Shown: one piece after another, positions 36,340-50,341 of the stretch
Numbering within the stretch: the first letter of the stretch is position 1
Layout: each line of letters begins with the position of its first letter
NCBI RefSeq assembly: GCF_001194135.2
Contig: NC_068996.1
Location: 24,259,134-24,323,133, forward strand
Origin: Octopus bimaculoides
Taxonomy: Eukaryota
DNA length: 64,000 nt
Direction: 5' to 3'
Notes under the pieces: model-generated
What the model was told of the DNA's origin: nothing
The model's database searches: none
Seen by the model: only the letters and a program-made list of their open reading frames with translations
Translations under genes and position numbers: made by a program

Positions 36340-39300
36340 CAGTTTTGTTGTTGTTGTATGGCTGGAAGTTGATCTATAACTAAATCTGTAATAACTGATC
36401 TTCCCTAAGTATATCCTTGAATGATTGACTGGTTGGGTACCATTGTTAGGAGTTTATCCAATGTTTTTTAAATGTTTCACTAGAGGTCCCTTTATATTTC
36501 TGATTTTTGTAGGTAGGTAGTTGAACAGTTGAGCACCTCTAAATATCAAACTGGTACAAGAGAATGTTTTTGCTTGTGATTTCAAAAGTGGTTATTTGGA
36601 AGCTGACAGTTCATATATTAAAACACTCTCTAATGCTGAAGTTTGGAACATGCTCTCAAGGATTTTTCATAAGTATTCAGCATTCAAAAGAATAGAGACA
36701 CAGAGCTTTAAAACTTCCCTACTAGTTAATGTTTTTAACTGAAGTTATTCCACTAGTGACTGTTCTTTGTAACCCTTCAATTTCTATTGTGAAATTGGAT
36801 GAGTTAAGAGACCAAGGCTGCTAGCAGTAATCTAATCTGTTCAGAACTAGGGTTTTCTATAGAATTAGCATAACTTCCAGATCTTTTGTCATAAAGCTTC
36901 ATAGGATCCATCCTATGAGATGTCTGCATTCAGAGGTCAGTTTGGTGATGTGGCTGATGAAAGATGCATCATTTGACACGATTACTCCTAAGTCCTGAAT
37001 ATCATTAATGCTCTGAATCACTGTGTTATCATTGTGTTCCCTTCTTAATGAAGAACCTGAAATTTTGATGAATTAAATTTCATATTGTTTTCATCTGCCC
37101 ATTTATAAATGAGGTTCAGCTCATTTGGGAGTGTGACAGTATCTTTGATAGTTTAGATAGCCATCAATATTTTTACATCAGCATAACTCATTAGGTTGAC
37201 TGAGTACACCTGTGACCCTATACTTGATAGTGTGATAATAAATAATAATGGTCCTAGAACCATTCCATGAGGTATGCCACTTATTACAAGTGACTTAGCA
37301 GAGAGAAAACTATTTGCTGTAATACATTGATTTCTACCACATAGGAAGTCAAAGAATCATTCTCCAAGTTTTCTTGTGCTACCAAGATCCCTTATCTTAT
37401 GACAAATGATTCAATGATTAATCTTGTCAAACATCTTAGCAAAATCAAGGTATATACAGTCAGTGTCCTTTCCTCTCAAGAGATTATTGAGGATAGTGTT
37501 ATGATGCAGTAATAGTTGTGACAGGCAACTTTGTCCAGTTTGAAAATTATGATTGTGTCATCTAAGAAGTTGTTTTCCCCAAGGTATGCAATTATTCTTT
37601 TTCAGACAATGGATTTGATAATTTTATAATCTTAATTGTGTGAGTAGTGAGAGAAATAGGTCTGTAATTTTTAGCTTCAGCCCTGTTACCTCCTTTGTAC
37701 ATATGTGCTATTGTTGAATCTTTCAGTAGTTCTGGGGAATATGCTGGTATCTAGCAACTTTTGAAATAGTATCTTTAATAGTTTCATGAGGCTGTTTTTG
37801 GACATGTTTGACAGTATGACTGTGAGACCATCTGGTCCAGATGCTGTTTGAATCTAGTTTGAATGAGTTTGAATTTAGGTCATTAATAGACATAAATATA
37901 TCATCCTCCATAATATTGTTAAATTTTAGATGTGTCTCTGCAGATGAGTTCTAGGGATCAAAGAATTCATTTGGCATGTGTACTATTTTTATTAACAATA
38001 GGCTGGGAAAATGCATTGTTATATTGTTGACTCAAAATTCATTGTAATATTGTTGACTCAAAAGCATGCATATTTGTGATGAGTCATTGGTGTATGATCC
38101 ATTTTGATCCAATAGCAGGCCAATCTGGTTATGTGTAGCTGATTTTTGCTTAGCAAAATGAAAAAAAACTAAGAAATAGATTTTATATTTTCCACTGACC
38201 AGTGTTCCCCTAACAAAGTTTCTTTTCCAAAAATTAGTTTAAGGTCCAGTTTGATGTCCATTCTTTTCTTTTCTTTACTTTTTTTTTTCCTCAATTTCAT
38301 CTGTTGAAAGATTTTGGTCTTCTAGTTGTTTTGTTAATTTGGTTCTGTAATGCATTAGTATCCATCTATCTCATGGAATCAAGTTCTTGGGAGAATAGGC
38401 ATAGTTATATGGAGTATGCTTTCAGCAGATCCTGATTGATTCTTTGTGTAGAAACTTCATTCCCTCGTTAACATTGAGGTTGCCAATATTTTGGGACCAG
38501 TTTCTTTTGAGGATTTCAGTTTCAATTTCCTTCCCCTTCCTGAAATTCAAGTTCATGGGGAATGAGTCATGTTTAATGTTATTTGTGTATGTTGCCCTCT
38601 TTGAACTATATACAGATAATTGTACTATGGTGTGGTCAGCAATAGCTGTGGAAATGACCAGAGCATTGTGAATGAAATCTGTATCTGTCCACTATTTATT
38701 TGTGGCGGAACAGTCCACCTCTCTCATTCGGGGGTGTCCTCCACAACAACTTATGAGTGACAAAGCATCTCTGAAGCAATTTCCATGGTTACCTGTGTCA
38801 GGAGGATGGTAGGTAATGCCTATGATCAAACAGAGGTTGGTCACATGCGTTATTAGTGTATCATACATTGTGTTGGAGTAGGCGGGAAGAACATTTGTTA
38901 TTTGGTCTTTGCAGATGAAAAGTGCTACTCTTACTTGTTTCCATACCCTGTGATCAGTTCTGTGTAGAACATAACCTGACATATGTACTTCCACATCTAA
39001 TATGTCTGGGGTCAGGTGGATTTCACTAAGTGCTACACATATCGTCTTTCCTCTGTTTGCAAGGTCTCTAATATATGATATTTTTGTTCGATTTGTGAAG
39101 TGTAAGAGATTTTGTACATTCTGCATTATTACTGAGTTCAGTTTGTGGGTTAATGACAGCAATGGTATGTAGTTGTGTACTGGGGTAACAACTGTAGTTA
39201 GAGTTATGTGAGAACTAAAAGGATTTAAAAAAAAAATTTTTTTGTCAGATTCATCATGGCTAAAAAAGAATTTTTATGTTTTTGGAGGAGTTGTTGACTT

Positions 39301-39830
39301 GAGATGCTATGGTTGCACTGTTGAATACTGTTATAGTTATATGGTTTGTAGATGTTGATTTTACTATTGTACTCAGTAGATATCTGGGTGACCTTTAAAT
39401 TTCATTGAAAGACTGGACCAGTACTGCTACTGTAAGAGATGTTTCTACTGTGGATATGGTGGTGGCTTGGAGTTAAGCTTTTAACAGTGCATCAAGTCCC
39501 TGGAAGATGAGTGAAGGGACAGTCATGCATCAGACATAATCTTTTGTGTTGGGAAAAGCGACAGATTTTAGGATTCTGGATTACACATGTTGAAGCTATT
39601 TAGTGTGATTTAGTATTTAGCGATGATGGTGGTGTTGTAAGATGTGTGCTTTGACATTGGCTAGTATTGCTTGTATTAATATACCAGGTAAATGGGTGAA
39701 GTTGCAGTCACTATATATGTATAGTCTATCACACTGAGAATAGCAGCAATATCTTTGGGTTTCGTGTGTTCACGGTTTTTACTTTATTTACAGTCAGTAG
39801 ATTTATCATGGAGCTGTGAGGTATACATGC
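36340..39830 (-). mobile_element. CR1-like LINE, near full length, decayed (ORF1 zinc fingers, APE endonuclease, RT)
   Basis: ORF1 PKICRFSQHKRLCLMHDCPFTHLPG; APE VALSEIHLTPDILDVEVHMSGYVLHRTDH..YHPP; RT YKGGNRAEAKNYRPISLT, YLDFAKMFDKI, GIPHGMVLGPLLF, YADV. Confidence 0.88.
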
Positions 39831-39849
39831 AAATTGAGGTGGACAATGA

Positions 39850-39863
39850 CAGGGAAGAAAGTA

Positions 39864-39941
<78 letters not shown>

Positions 39942-39990
39942 ATGGTGGTGGTGGTGGTGGTTGTGGTGGTTGTGGTGGTTGTGGTTGGAT
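39850..39990. repeat. (TAG)n/(GGT)n microsatellite
   Basis: Direct reading. Confidence 0.95.
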
Positions 39991-40769
39991 CTCATGTTAT
40001 TCTGAGAGGGAGGAATTTGAATGGCCGGATCAATTGCGCTGGTGTTGAGTAGTGACTGTGTCTGCTGATCTTCTTGCTGTTGTTGTTGAACTGTAGTTGG
40101 AGAAAATACATATTGAAGTTTCTCAAAATGCCTGTGAATTTTATCAAAAATGAGATTTTAATATGTTTGAGTTTGTTTGTTACATATCAGCTTCTCATTC
40201 AGTTATTGAACAGTTAGAATGGTCTCCTGGCAATATATATATATATATATATATATAATTCAGACAAGAGGCATCTAGAGTTCTGTGATACACTATGTGG
40301 ACATTTGTGCACTGTGCAATTAATAAACTGAGTCCTTTGAGAAAATTTAAATGCAAGATTGGTCCTAGATTGCAAGTCATTTGACCAAGCTATAGGTCGT
40401 TTTGAGAAAAGTTATCTCATGTTATTTCAATTCTAAGGGACATCTATTATTACTTGAATTGTGTGCCAAATATGATCCAGCCTTGACAAACACCTTTCAG
40501 CTGCCTTGAAAAGTGGTTTTATAGGTGCCACCCATCAATGAAGTGATTGCATCTCTTAAACTTTGTACTTACTTGCAGAGACAACATTGTTGATATAAAC
40601 TGTACAAGTTCCATGGGAGTAGGAAACTGAGTGCCTCCTTCATCATATGATGATACAGGCCAAATACAATCTGTCTGGCAGGCAGAAGTGCAAAAATATC
40701 AGCAAAACTACACCAAGACAACTGAATGTCATCAACCTAAAATCTCTGAAGTACAATATAATACTACAG

Positions 40770-41001
40770 GGTGGTGAGCTGGCAGAATTGTTAGCACGCT
40801 GGGCGAAATGCTTAGCTGTATTTCATCTGCCGTTACGCTCTGAGTTCAAATTCCACCGAGGTTGACTTTGCCTTTCATCCTTTCAGGGTCGATTAAAGAA
40901 GTACCAGTTATGCACTGGGGTCAATGTAATCGACTTAATCCCGTTGTCTGTCCATGTTTGTCCCCTCTATGTTTAGCCCCTCCGTGGGCAATAAAGAAAT
41001 A
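40770..41001 (+). mobile_element. Family A SINE, full length
   Basis: GGTGAGCTGGCAGAATTGTTAG..GAGTTCAAATTCC..AATAAAGAAAT. Confidence 0.9.
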
Positions 41002-41195
41002 AATATAATGCCCACTCATGGGGAATATGGCCAGCCACCTAACAATACTATGTGATATCCCACCAACTAACACTGCACTTGCTCAAGCTTTGTCACATAC
41101 AGTTGCATGAGGCAAGCTACAATACATGAATTTTAAAGGTGCATGAGCATGCACAAACACACACATACACACGTTCATACATGGGAACACATGCA

Positions 41196-41571
41196 TATCA
41201 TCATCATCATCGTTTAACGTCCGCTTTCCATGCTAGCATGGGTTGGACGATTTGACTGAGGACTGGTGAAACCGGATGGCAACACCAGGCTCCAGTCTGA
41301 TTTGGCAGAGTTTCTACAGCTGGATGCCCTTCCTAACGCCAACCACTCAGAGAGTGTAGTGGGTGCTTTTACGTGTCACCCGCACGAAAACGGCCACGCT
41401 CGAAATGGTGTCTTTTATGTGCCACCCGCACAAGCCAGTCCAGGGGCACTGGCAACGATCTCGCTCGAAAATCCTACAGGAGCCAGTCAGGCGGTACTGG
41501 CAACGGCCACGCTCAAAATGGTGCATCTCATGTGCCACCCGCACAAGAACCAGTCCAGGGGCACTGGCAAC
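41196..41571 (-). mobile_element. Family E with at least 3-4 tandem structured units running into an 833-nt gap
   Basis: Repeated GCCAGT..ACTGGCAAC units; the gap probably hides more units. Confidence 0.9.
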
Positions 41572-42404
41572 NNNNNNNNNNNNNNNNNNNNNNNNNNNNN
41601 NNNNNNNNNNNNNNNNNNNNNNNNNNNNNNNNNNNNNNNNNNNNNNNNNNNNNNNNNNNNNNNNNNNNNNNNNNNNNNNNNNNNNNNNNNNNNNNNNNNN
41701 NNNNNNNNNNNNNNNNNNNNNNNNNNNNNNNNNNNNNNNNNNNNNNNNNNNNNNNNNNNNNNNNNNNNNNNNNNNNNNNNNNNNNNNNNNNNNNNNNNNN
41801 NNNNNNNNNNNNNNNNNNNNNNNNNNNNNNNNNNNNNNNNNNNNNNNNNNNNNNNNNNNNNNNNNNNNNNNNNNNNNNNNNNNNNNNNNNNNNNNNNNNN
41901 NNNNNNNNNNNNNNNNNNNNNNNNNNNNNNNNNNNNNNNNNNNNNNNNNNNNNNNNNNNNNNNNNNNNNNNNNNNNNNNNNNNNNNNNNNNNNNNNNNNN
42001 NNNNNNNNNNNNNNNNNNNNNNNNNNNNNNNNNNNNNNNNNNNNNNNNNNNNNNNNNNNNNNNNNNNNNNNNNNNNNNNNNNNNNNNNNNNNNNNNNNNN
42101 NNNNNNNNNNNNNNNNNNNNNNNNNNNNNNNNNNNNNNNNNNNNNNNNNNNNNNNNNNNNNNNNNNNNNNNNNNNNNNNNNNNNNNNNNNNNNNNNNNNN
42201 NNNNNNNNNNNNNNNNNNNNNNNNNNNNNNNNNNNNNNNNNNNNNNNNNNNNNNNNNNNNNNNNNNNNNNNNNNNNNNNNNNNNNNNNNNNNNNNNNNNN
42301 NNNNNNNNNNNNNNNNNNNNNNNNNNNNNNNNNNNNNNNNNNNNNNNNNNNNNNNNNNNNNNNNNNNNNNNNNNNNNNNNNNNNNNNNNNNNNNNNNNNN
42401 NNNN

Positions 42405-42484
<80 letters not shown>

Positions 42485-42512
42485 TTGCATACATATAAAT
42501 GTATGTATAGTT

Positions 42513-42556
<44 letters not shown>

Positions 42557-43649
42557 GCATACACACATATTTGCATGAAAATATATAAAAAGTACAAAAA
42601 AAAGCACAATAAATAAGATATAATTTTAAATTTTACTACTTAATCTGAGTTGGATATACTAGTACTCCATCCATTTAACCACTTCTCAGATTGTGTTCAA
42701 GTGAACCCAATGCACCAAGTAAGCATTTCTTGAGATATTCAATGTTGAAAAACATCAACATTTTGAGAGTATTCTTTTTTAAGTTTGGTGCCATGTCTGA
42801 AATTAAATTTTGATAATAATCATTTTTTGCATGTTGTTTACATTCTGAACCTAAGTGTTTTTATATTATTACTACTTCTTCAGAGAGCCCACAACACTAG
42901 AAATGCTAACTTTCTTTATTAACTGTTTGTTTAATTTTTGAAGAACAAGAAATCTCAGCTCATCTCCACCCTCTGTATACTTGTGTTATTTTATATGAGA
43001 AGGAATTACATTGAAATTTAGAAGAAATTGTCCCTCCTCACCTGCTTTCATTATTTTACATAATGTCTTTCTTTGATGAGTGATTTTTCCATCTCTTTTT
43101 CCCTTCATATTTTCATTTGTAATTACTCCTTCTTCATTGCATAATGAAGATGTAGTACTACAGGTCAGTGCTGTTAGAGGATCAGAGGACCAACTATTTG
43201 TTCATCTATTTGTTATATACTGGGTCTAAAGATATTTTCTTTGCTATTCTCCAGTTTGTTGGCAGGTAATATTCTTGTTCTTTTTGTCATTGTTGATGTT
43301 GGTTTTCATTGTAGACTTTGCTTAATTTTTCAAGTTCTTCATAGCATACACATTTAAGGTGCATTTTACTCCAACAACTTGGACTTCTGCCTTGTATCTT
43401 CAATGTCATGCCCTTTGTCTTGGCACCTTTATCTAGGCACAGTTTTGGTATTGCTCTGTGAACTTCAGGTTCATGCTACATTACATCAGTTGTTACCAAG
43501 GTATGCTACTACATTTATTATTAAAAACAACATCTGTTATTTTAATTCCAATTTGTTCTAAAAGTATCTTTTCTCGTGTTTCAAACATTATTTCCATTTA
43601 TTAGACCTGTTCCTTTTTAGACACATTAATTCTGTGAAAGCTCAACACC

Positions 43650-44030
43650 ATATTTTTGACAAAAACAAGCTAATTCCCCTCCAGGGACTTGATCTAATTG
43701 TACTTAAGTTAAACATTAATAATGTTACTATCATATCACTGAAGGCTGCGTTTTGGATTCACTATTATCACATTCATGACAATAACATTTGTTAATTCCC
43801 CTCCAGGGTCTCCGCTTAACTGTAGTTATCATTATTGTTAATGATAACTGTAGTTATCATTAACTGTTATCATTATTGTTGTTGGTGCTGGTGGTGGTGG
43901 TGGTAGTGGTGATGTTGTTACTGTTACATCATTGAAGACTATATATTCAGATCCACTTGTGTACCACATTCCTGACAACAGAATCTGTTAATTTCCCTCC
44001 AGGGATTTCACTTAATTGTAGTTAGGTTTA
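43650..44030. repeat. Diverged tandem repeat, three copies of TAATT(C/T)CCCTCCAGGG..TAA(T/C)TGTA(G/C)TTA
   Basis: Motif at 43671, 43792 and 43988, with similar upstream ACATT..TGACAA segments. Confidence 0.7.
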
Positions 44031-44044
44031 ATATTGGTTAATAT

Positions 44045-44350
44045 TGGTTTCAAATTTTGGCACAAGACCAGCAATTTCGAGGGAGAAAGTAAATAGATTA
44101 TATCAACCCCAGTGTTCAACTGGTACTTATTTTATTGACCCCAAAAGAATGAAAGGCAAAGTCAACCTAGGCAGAATTTGAATGCAGAATTATGTTATCT
44201 CTATGTTCTGAGATCAAATTCCACCAAGGTTAACTTTGTCTTTCATTGTTTCAAGGTCAATAAAATAAGTACCAGTTGCACACTGGGGTTGATGCAATTG
44301 ACTTGCTCCCCCTCCCCCCTTCAGAGTTGCTGGTCTTGTGCTAAAATTAG
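44045..44350. mobile_element. Head-to-head inverted pair of family A-variant SINEs
   Basis: 44045-44190 (minus) and 44203-44350 (plus) are reverse-complement homologues separated by ~12 bp. Confidence 0.8.
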
Positions 44351-44639
44351 CAAGAATTGTTGTTGCTGTTATTGTTGTTAGGACTGTCATTCACCAAAGA
44401 TAATGTAGAGAAAGAATAAACAAGGTGAAGAAGTTTGTCCCTAATCTCTGCCTTTGGAAAGAAAGGAAGATGAAAATTATGCAAATTATATGAAACAAAA
44501 TCATCTTCCTCTTCATGCACCACCACTACCACCACCATCATCATCATCACCATCATCATCATCACCATCATCAACATCAAATCATCACCACCATCATCAT
44601 TGTCATTGTCATCATCATTGATTTCCAAAGATCAGGAGG

Positions 44640-46100
44640 AGTACTGGACTGTCATTCATAACACAAACCCATTTCAAACATCCAGTATGTGAGTAGAAGA
44701 TCAAACCACTCAAAAGCAATTATCAATTCAATAATAAGGGGCATTTCATTTAAAATTTCTAGACTTTTGGCAAATGAGGAAGTATTTAGACAAAATGAAA
44801 CATACTACAATTTGGCTTTAACTAAGGATGGTTACACTGAGAAAATTCATCGTTTTCCTGATATAAATGTTAAGAAGACACGTAAGGACAAGGAATTACC
44901 TAAACAGATGACTGATGACCATGGTAATAATAGAAATAAAGATATTAAGGTATATGATAAAGCATTTGATAGTAAGATGAAAATTATTGGTAAAAGGAAA
45001 TGCAGAACAGTAAGTGTATCAGGTTATAATTAAGAAACCTAAATAGAAGAACAAAGAGTGCATATAGCTGTGTGACCACAGTGACTAGACCTAGAATTAA
45101 TCAGACCATTTTAGCAAATAAGCAGCCGGCAAATTTTAATGATAACAAAAACAGAAATAATAAAAGAGATTCCAGTTCAGGAGATGAATGTGCTTCTCTT
45201 CACAATGTTATTAGTGATGATGTACAAAGCAATAGACCTAACAGTATTAACTGTAATTTCAGTCCCAGAAAACAGAGCATGTAACAGACAGGTCACCAAG
45301 TTAAATGTTCCATTTGGAGCTCAGATAGGCACAAATATACTTGGTAAATTTTTCATGACCATGGACAAGTATTTTCCCTCTTCAAACAAGCATAGGAGTA
45401 TATTTAACAGATATATTAATTAATTTGCATACCCAACCACAAATAACATAGCTGAGATTAAAACAGTGCATAATGTTTCAGAATTGAGAAACTTTTATCC
45501 ATATTAGGATAATAATAAGCTATCTGAGGCCATATATAATAAGTCATGGATATTTAGCATGGATAAAGAAAGTATTTGTATGTTACGTGTGTCCTGTCAT
45601 GAGATGGGAAATGTTGTTAATATATCTCATAAAGGCAATAAAAGGAATGTGAACCTATGGAATGAAAACTTAATAATATACAAAACGAATCATCTAGAAA
45701 TGCCCCTGAATAAATAATACCTAAGAAAAAATATATAATTTATAATGCTCTGTAACAATACACACATTAAAAAAATCATTATCATTATTATTTAGGCACC
45801 TGCACAACAAACTTTAAATATAGATTATATAATCACAAGTCTTCATTTAAATACAAGAGAAAAGAAAATGTCACATCATTAAGCAAGTTTATTTGGAGCC
45901 TCGATCACAATGATATTAGCTACTCTGTTGAATGGTCTGTAATAGATAATATCCTATCATATAATGTATGGAATGTTAGGTATAATTTGTGCCTTGAAAA
46001 GATGCTACCAATTCTGAAATGCAGCTCTAACCTAATAAAAAGAGTAACGAATTAATATTACACTATTCACATTAATATAGAAGAATTTTCCAAGTTATTC
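44640..46100 (+). mobile_element. Penelope-like element: RT thumb, linker and GIY-YIG endonuclease (decayed)
   Basis: SNHSKAIINSIIRGISFKISRLLANEEVF..YYNLAL; PFGAQIGTNILGKFF..KYFP..IFNR; YYLGTCTTNFKYRLYNHKSSF..SLSKFIW..SVEWSVI..NLCLE. Confidence 0.88.
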
Positions 46101-47240
46101 CAAATAAATATGCTACTTAATTAGGATACTCTGATATGTATTAATATATTAATTCTATCATCTTAATTGCCTTATTACAGCATAGTAAGGCAATTTACAA
46201 TTCTACAATACAACTAACAGTTGTTTAGTCACTGTATCATATTTTAATGATTCTATTTCCCTGACTTTATTTTGTCCCTTCATTAAATTTTTGGTACTCC
46301 TTTCCTTAAACATTTTCCAAAGTCACTATAGATATATATCATGATGAGTAAGAAGTGTATATGCAGACTTATGAGTATGTATGTATGTATGTATGTATAT
46401 GCATGTATGTATATATATATAGGGAGAGAGAGAGTGAGAAAGAGAGAGGGACAGAGAGATGTGTGTGTGTGTATATATATGTATGCATTTAAATACTGCA
46501 TGCATGTGTGTGTGAGAGTGTGTACAGATGGTGTATTTTATTTTTTAATTTTTCGTATTTTTACAAATATATTTTATGCAATGTATTTTTATTTAATATC
46601 AACCCCTCCAATGGTCTAAAACATAATTAGTATGTGCTGATTTTCTTTTCTAGTTCTAGTAAATTCATTGTCTTCTACTATTAAGTTGTATTTAACAACA
46701 TCACAGATTAAATTACAATTCTATCTTGACAAGATATATAACTGCTGGCTGTCATTAAACTAAGGACATCTGATAAAGATACCCACTTTGCTTATGATAC
46801 AGACACTGGACTACAAAGATGGAGACAATGGTCTGGAATTTATTGCTTGTAAACCTCTAGCAGAAGCATTCTGACATTGAAAACAGTAACTTGGTAACTA
46901 CATGCTTTGTATCGCTGACAATTTAATCAATCGAATGAAGGATCAATCAAATATACGCACTGCAATGTGCAGCTCTTGCATGATACCAAGCCATTCAAAA
47001 CATATGTAAGCTAAATAAAGCATTGATAATGCATTTTCATAGTTGCTTTTTTTTTTTTAAATATATTCTGTGATTAATGCACAGAATGTAAATGATGATC
47101 TCCCTTGGCTTTACAAATTATACTTGTCACAATTAAACTATAACAATGTATACAGATTGCTATCATAATAACTGGACAATTTAGTTAACTAGGTTTGAAT
47201 GCTTAAATAAGCATTCACCTGGGTTTATTTTCCTTCATTA

Positions 47241-47615
47241 AGGAGTGGCTGTGTGGTAAGTAGCCTGCTTACCAACCACATGGTTCCGGGTTCAGTCCCA
47301 CTGCGTGGCACCTTGGGCAAGTGTCTTCTACTATAGCCTCGGGCCGACCAAAGCCTTGTGAGTGGATTTGGTAGACGGAAGCTGAAAGAAGCCCATCATA
47401 TATATGTGTGTTTGTGTGTCTGTGTTCATCCCCCCACCATCGCTTGACAACCGATGCTGGTGTGTTTATGTCCCCATAACTTAGCGGTTCGGCAAAAAGA
47501 GACCGATAGAATAAGTACTGGGCTTACAAAGAATAAGTCCTGGGGTCGATTTTCTCGACTAAAGGTGGTGCTCCAGCATGGCCGCAGTAAAAAATGACTG
47601 AAAAGAGTAAAAGAG
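47241..47615 (+). mobile_element. Family B SINE, well preserved full-length copy
   Basis: A box TGGCTGTGTGGTAA, B box GGGTTCAGTCCC, CORE-like CCTTGGGCAAGTGTCTT, tail AAAAGAGTAAAAGAG. Confidence 0.95.
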
Positions 47616-48225
47616 TATATCTATACACACACACACACACACATCACAAGGCTTCTACATTAGAATACATACATTACTCAAGGTAGTGCACAGTGGGGCT
47701 GAACCTGAAACTGTGTGATTGCAAATTGCAAAGTGAACTTCTTAACTACACTGGCATAACCAAACCTATCATATGCATACAGTATTCAAACTGAACCCTT
47801 TTAATCTGCAATTCTTGATATATTACATATTTCCTCTATAGTAACTCCTGGTTTTCCCCAATCCTATGTATGGACATCGGGACCGAATTCTTCATTAACA
47901 TGACAGAATCTCCAAGCATTAGAGTAGAATGCCAGTTTATATCAATTACTTCCATGTGATTAGAGACACAGCAATTTCAGCAGAAGTTAATGTTACGAAA
48001 ACAGTTATTTGATATTAGTGTTTAAAGTAAATCAGAAGATTGGAGTGGGGGTGGGGAGATCTTTCATTTTAAGTGATCCATGGTCTTTTTTTTTTTTTTT
48101 GCACGGTGATTAACATCACAGAAATAAATTACATGGAGGTCATTTGGTAAACCTTTAATGAGTTTTAAAGGGACACTACAGAAAAAGAAAATTTCTTTAG
48201 TTATTTTTTTTTATTGTTTTATATA

Positions 48226-48256
<31 letters not shown>

Positions 48257-48837
48257 NNNNNNNNNNNNNNNNNNNNNNNNNNNNNNNNNNNNNNNNNNNN
48301 NNNNNNNNNNNNNNNNNNNNNNNNNNNNNNNNNNNNNNNNNNNNNNNNNNNNNNNNNNNNNNNNNNNNNNNNNNNNNNNNNNNNNNNNNNNNNNNNNNNN
48401 NNNNNNNNNNNNNNNNNNNNNNNNNNNNNNNNNNNNNNNNNNNNNNNNNNNNNNNNNNNNNNNNNNNNNNNNNNNNNNNNNNNNNNNNNNNNNNNNNNNN
48501 NNNNNNNNNNNNNNNNNNNNNNNNNNNNNNNNNNNNNNNNNNNNNNNNNNNNNNNNNNNNNNNNNNNNNNNNNNNNNNNNNNNTATATATATATATATAT
48601 ATATATATTCAACAGTATCAGTGTAAAGTAGTGAGTAGGTATAAGCAAACTTTAGGTTAGTTAAAATATATTTGTGATATATTTCAACATCTAAAGGCAA
48701 AGTTTACTGTAGTTACCATGAAGATATAATGGTTTTACACCTTTTTACCATGAGATAAAATTTTTTTCTCCATGGTCAAAATAGTGAATTTACCTTTAGA
48801 AGTTGAAATGTCACAATCATATTTTAACTAACCTAAA

Positions 48838-48868
<31 letters not shown>

Positions 48869-48947
48869 TGCATACACACATGCATGTGCATGTGTGTTTT
48901 TATATATATATATATGCGTGTGTGTGTGTTAATATATATATATATAT

Positions 48948-49200
48948 AAATTCTATAATTATAAGCATAATTATAATTAGGGTTCAGCAAAAATTGCTTC
49001 ACCACATACCAAAATTTAGAAATAGCAGTTAAAAACTATTCCACTACCATAAGATATCTCCCAGACAGGGAGATATTTTATGTCTGGGAGATATCTTATA
49101 GTAGTGGAATAGTATGTAACTGCTATTTCTAAATTTCGGTATGCGGTGAAGCAATTTTTGCTGAACCTTAATTATAATTAGGCTTATAATTATAGAATTT
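48948..49200. repeat. 253-bp palindrome (120-bp arms, 13-bp loop), MITE/foldback-like
   Basis: 48948-49067 vs 49081-49200 are reverse complements with about 7 mismatches. Confidence 0.9.
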
Positions 49201-49301
49201 TTTTGTATAAGGTTACCGATAATGGTTCTTTTAACATACCGAACTATTTGGAATTAATTATTAATTAATAATTGATTAATTAATTTTACCCTTTATTATT
49301 A

Positions 49302-49338
<37 letters not shown>

Positions 49339-49516
49339 TTATGTGCAAATAAATATGCATATATCTCGAAATGGGGAGTAGATAGACAGCTGACAACTGA
49401 TGAAGGGTCATTCTTTGTATTACTTGTCTTTTCTTTTCTCTCATTATTTGCGTTTTTAACTCATTTGTTTTCATATTTCATGTTGTTTACTGTTGGTGAC
49501 ATCTTGTGCCCATATA

Positions 49517-49557
<41 letters not shown>

Positions 49558-49979
49558 CTTCGCATTTTCTTTTTGATATGCTAGACCACTGGTTTAAATT
49601 GATGTTGATTGATATCAACTCCCATTATTTAATTTATAAATATATATTTTTATATATNNNNNNNNNNNNNNNNNNNNNNNNNNNNNNNNNNNNNNNNNNN
49701 NNNNNNNNNNNNNNNNNNNNNNNNNNNNNNNNNNNNNNNNNNNNNNNNNNNNNNNNNNNNNNNNNNNNNNNNNNNNNNNNNNNNNNNNNNNNNNNNNNNN
49801 NNNNNNNNNNNNNNNNNNNNNNNNNNNNNNNNNNNNNNNNNNNNNNNNNNNNNNNNNNNNNNNNNNNNNNNNNNNNNNNNNNNNNNNNNNNNNNNNNNNN
49901 NNNNNNNNNNNNNNNNNNNNNNNNNNNNNNNNNNNNNNNNNNNNNNNNNNNNNNNNNNNNNNNNNNNNNNNNNNNNNNN

Positions 49980-50017
<38 letters not shown>

Positions 50018-50306
50018 CACACATACATATATATATATATGAACATATGTGTATGTGAGTGTATATATATATATATATACATGACCACATATAATTTATA
50101 CACAAATGTTTATTTGCTTAAGTATTTATGTGTATATATACATATACAAAGTGAGATACTAGATGGAAAGATTGATAAAATGCTAGATAGATGGATAATT
50201 AAATGGCAGCTGGATAAATAGATGGATGTATGTGTGCATGTATGTGTGTGTGTGTCTATGCACATATATGTGTATGTGTGTGTTTTGTGGCTGTGTGTGT
50301 TTGTGG

Positions 50307-50341
<35 letters not shown>

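Noticed and set aside
41266-41571. Recurrent ORF MKPDGNTRLQSDLAEFLQLDALPNANHSESVVGAF (also at 12789, 32119 and 54166)
   Set aside because: Antisense translation of the family E repeat; it recurs because the repeat recurs
42950-43560. Possible decayed LINE RT on the minus strand
   Set aside because: Only vague motif resemblance; not supportable without an alignment
46960-47010. CSSCMIPSHSKH as a DHHC-like motif
   Set aside because: Spacing does not fit the DHHC cysteine-rich domain and there is no flanking support
49390-49430. CTGATGAAGGG as another hammerhead
   Set aside because: No downstream stem II or GAAA half
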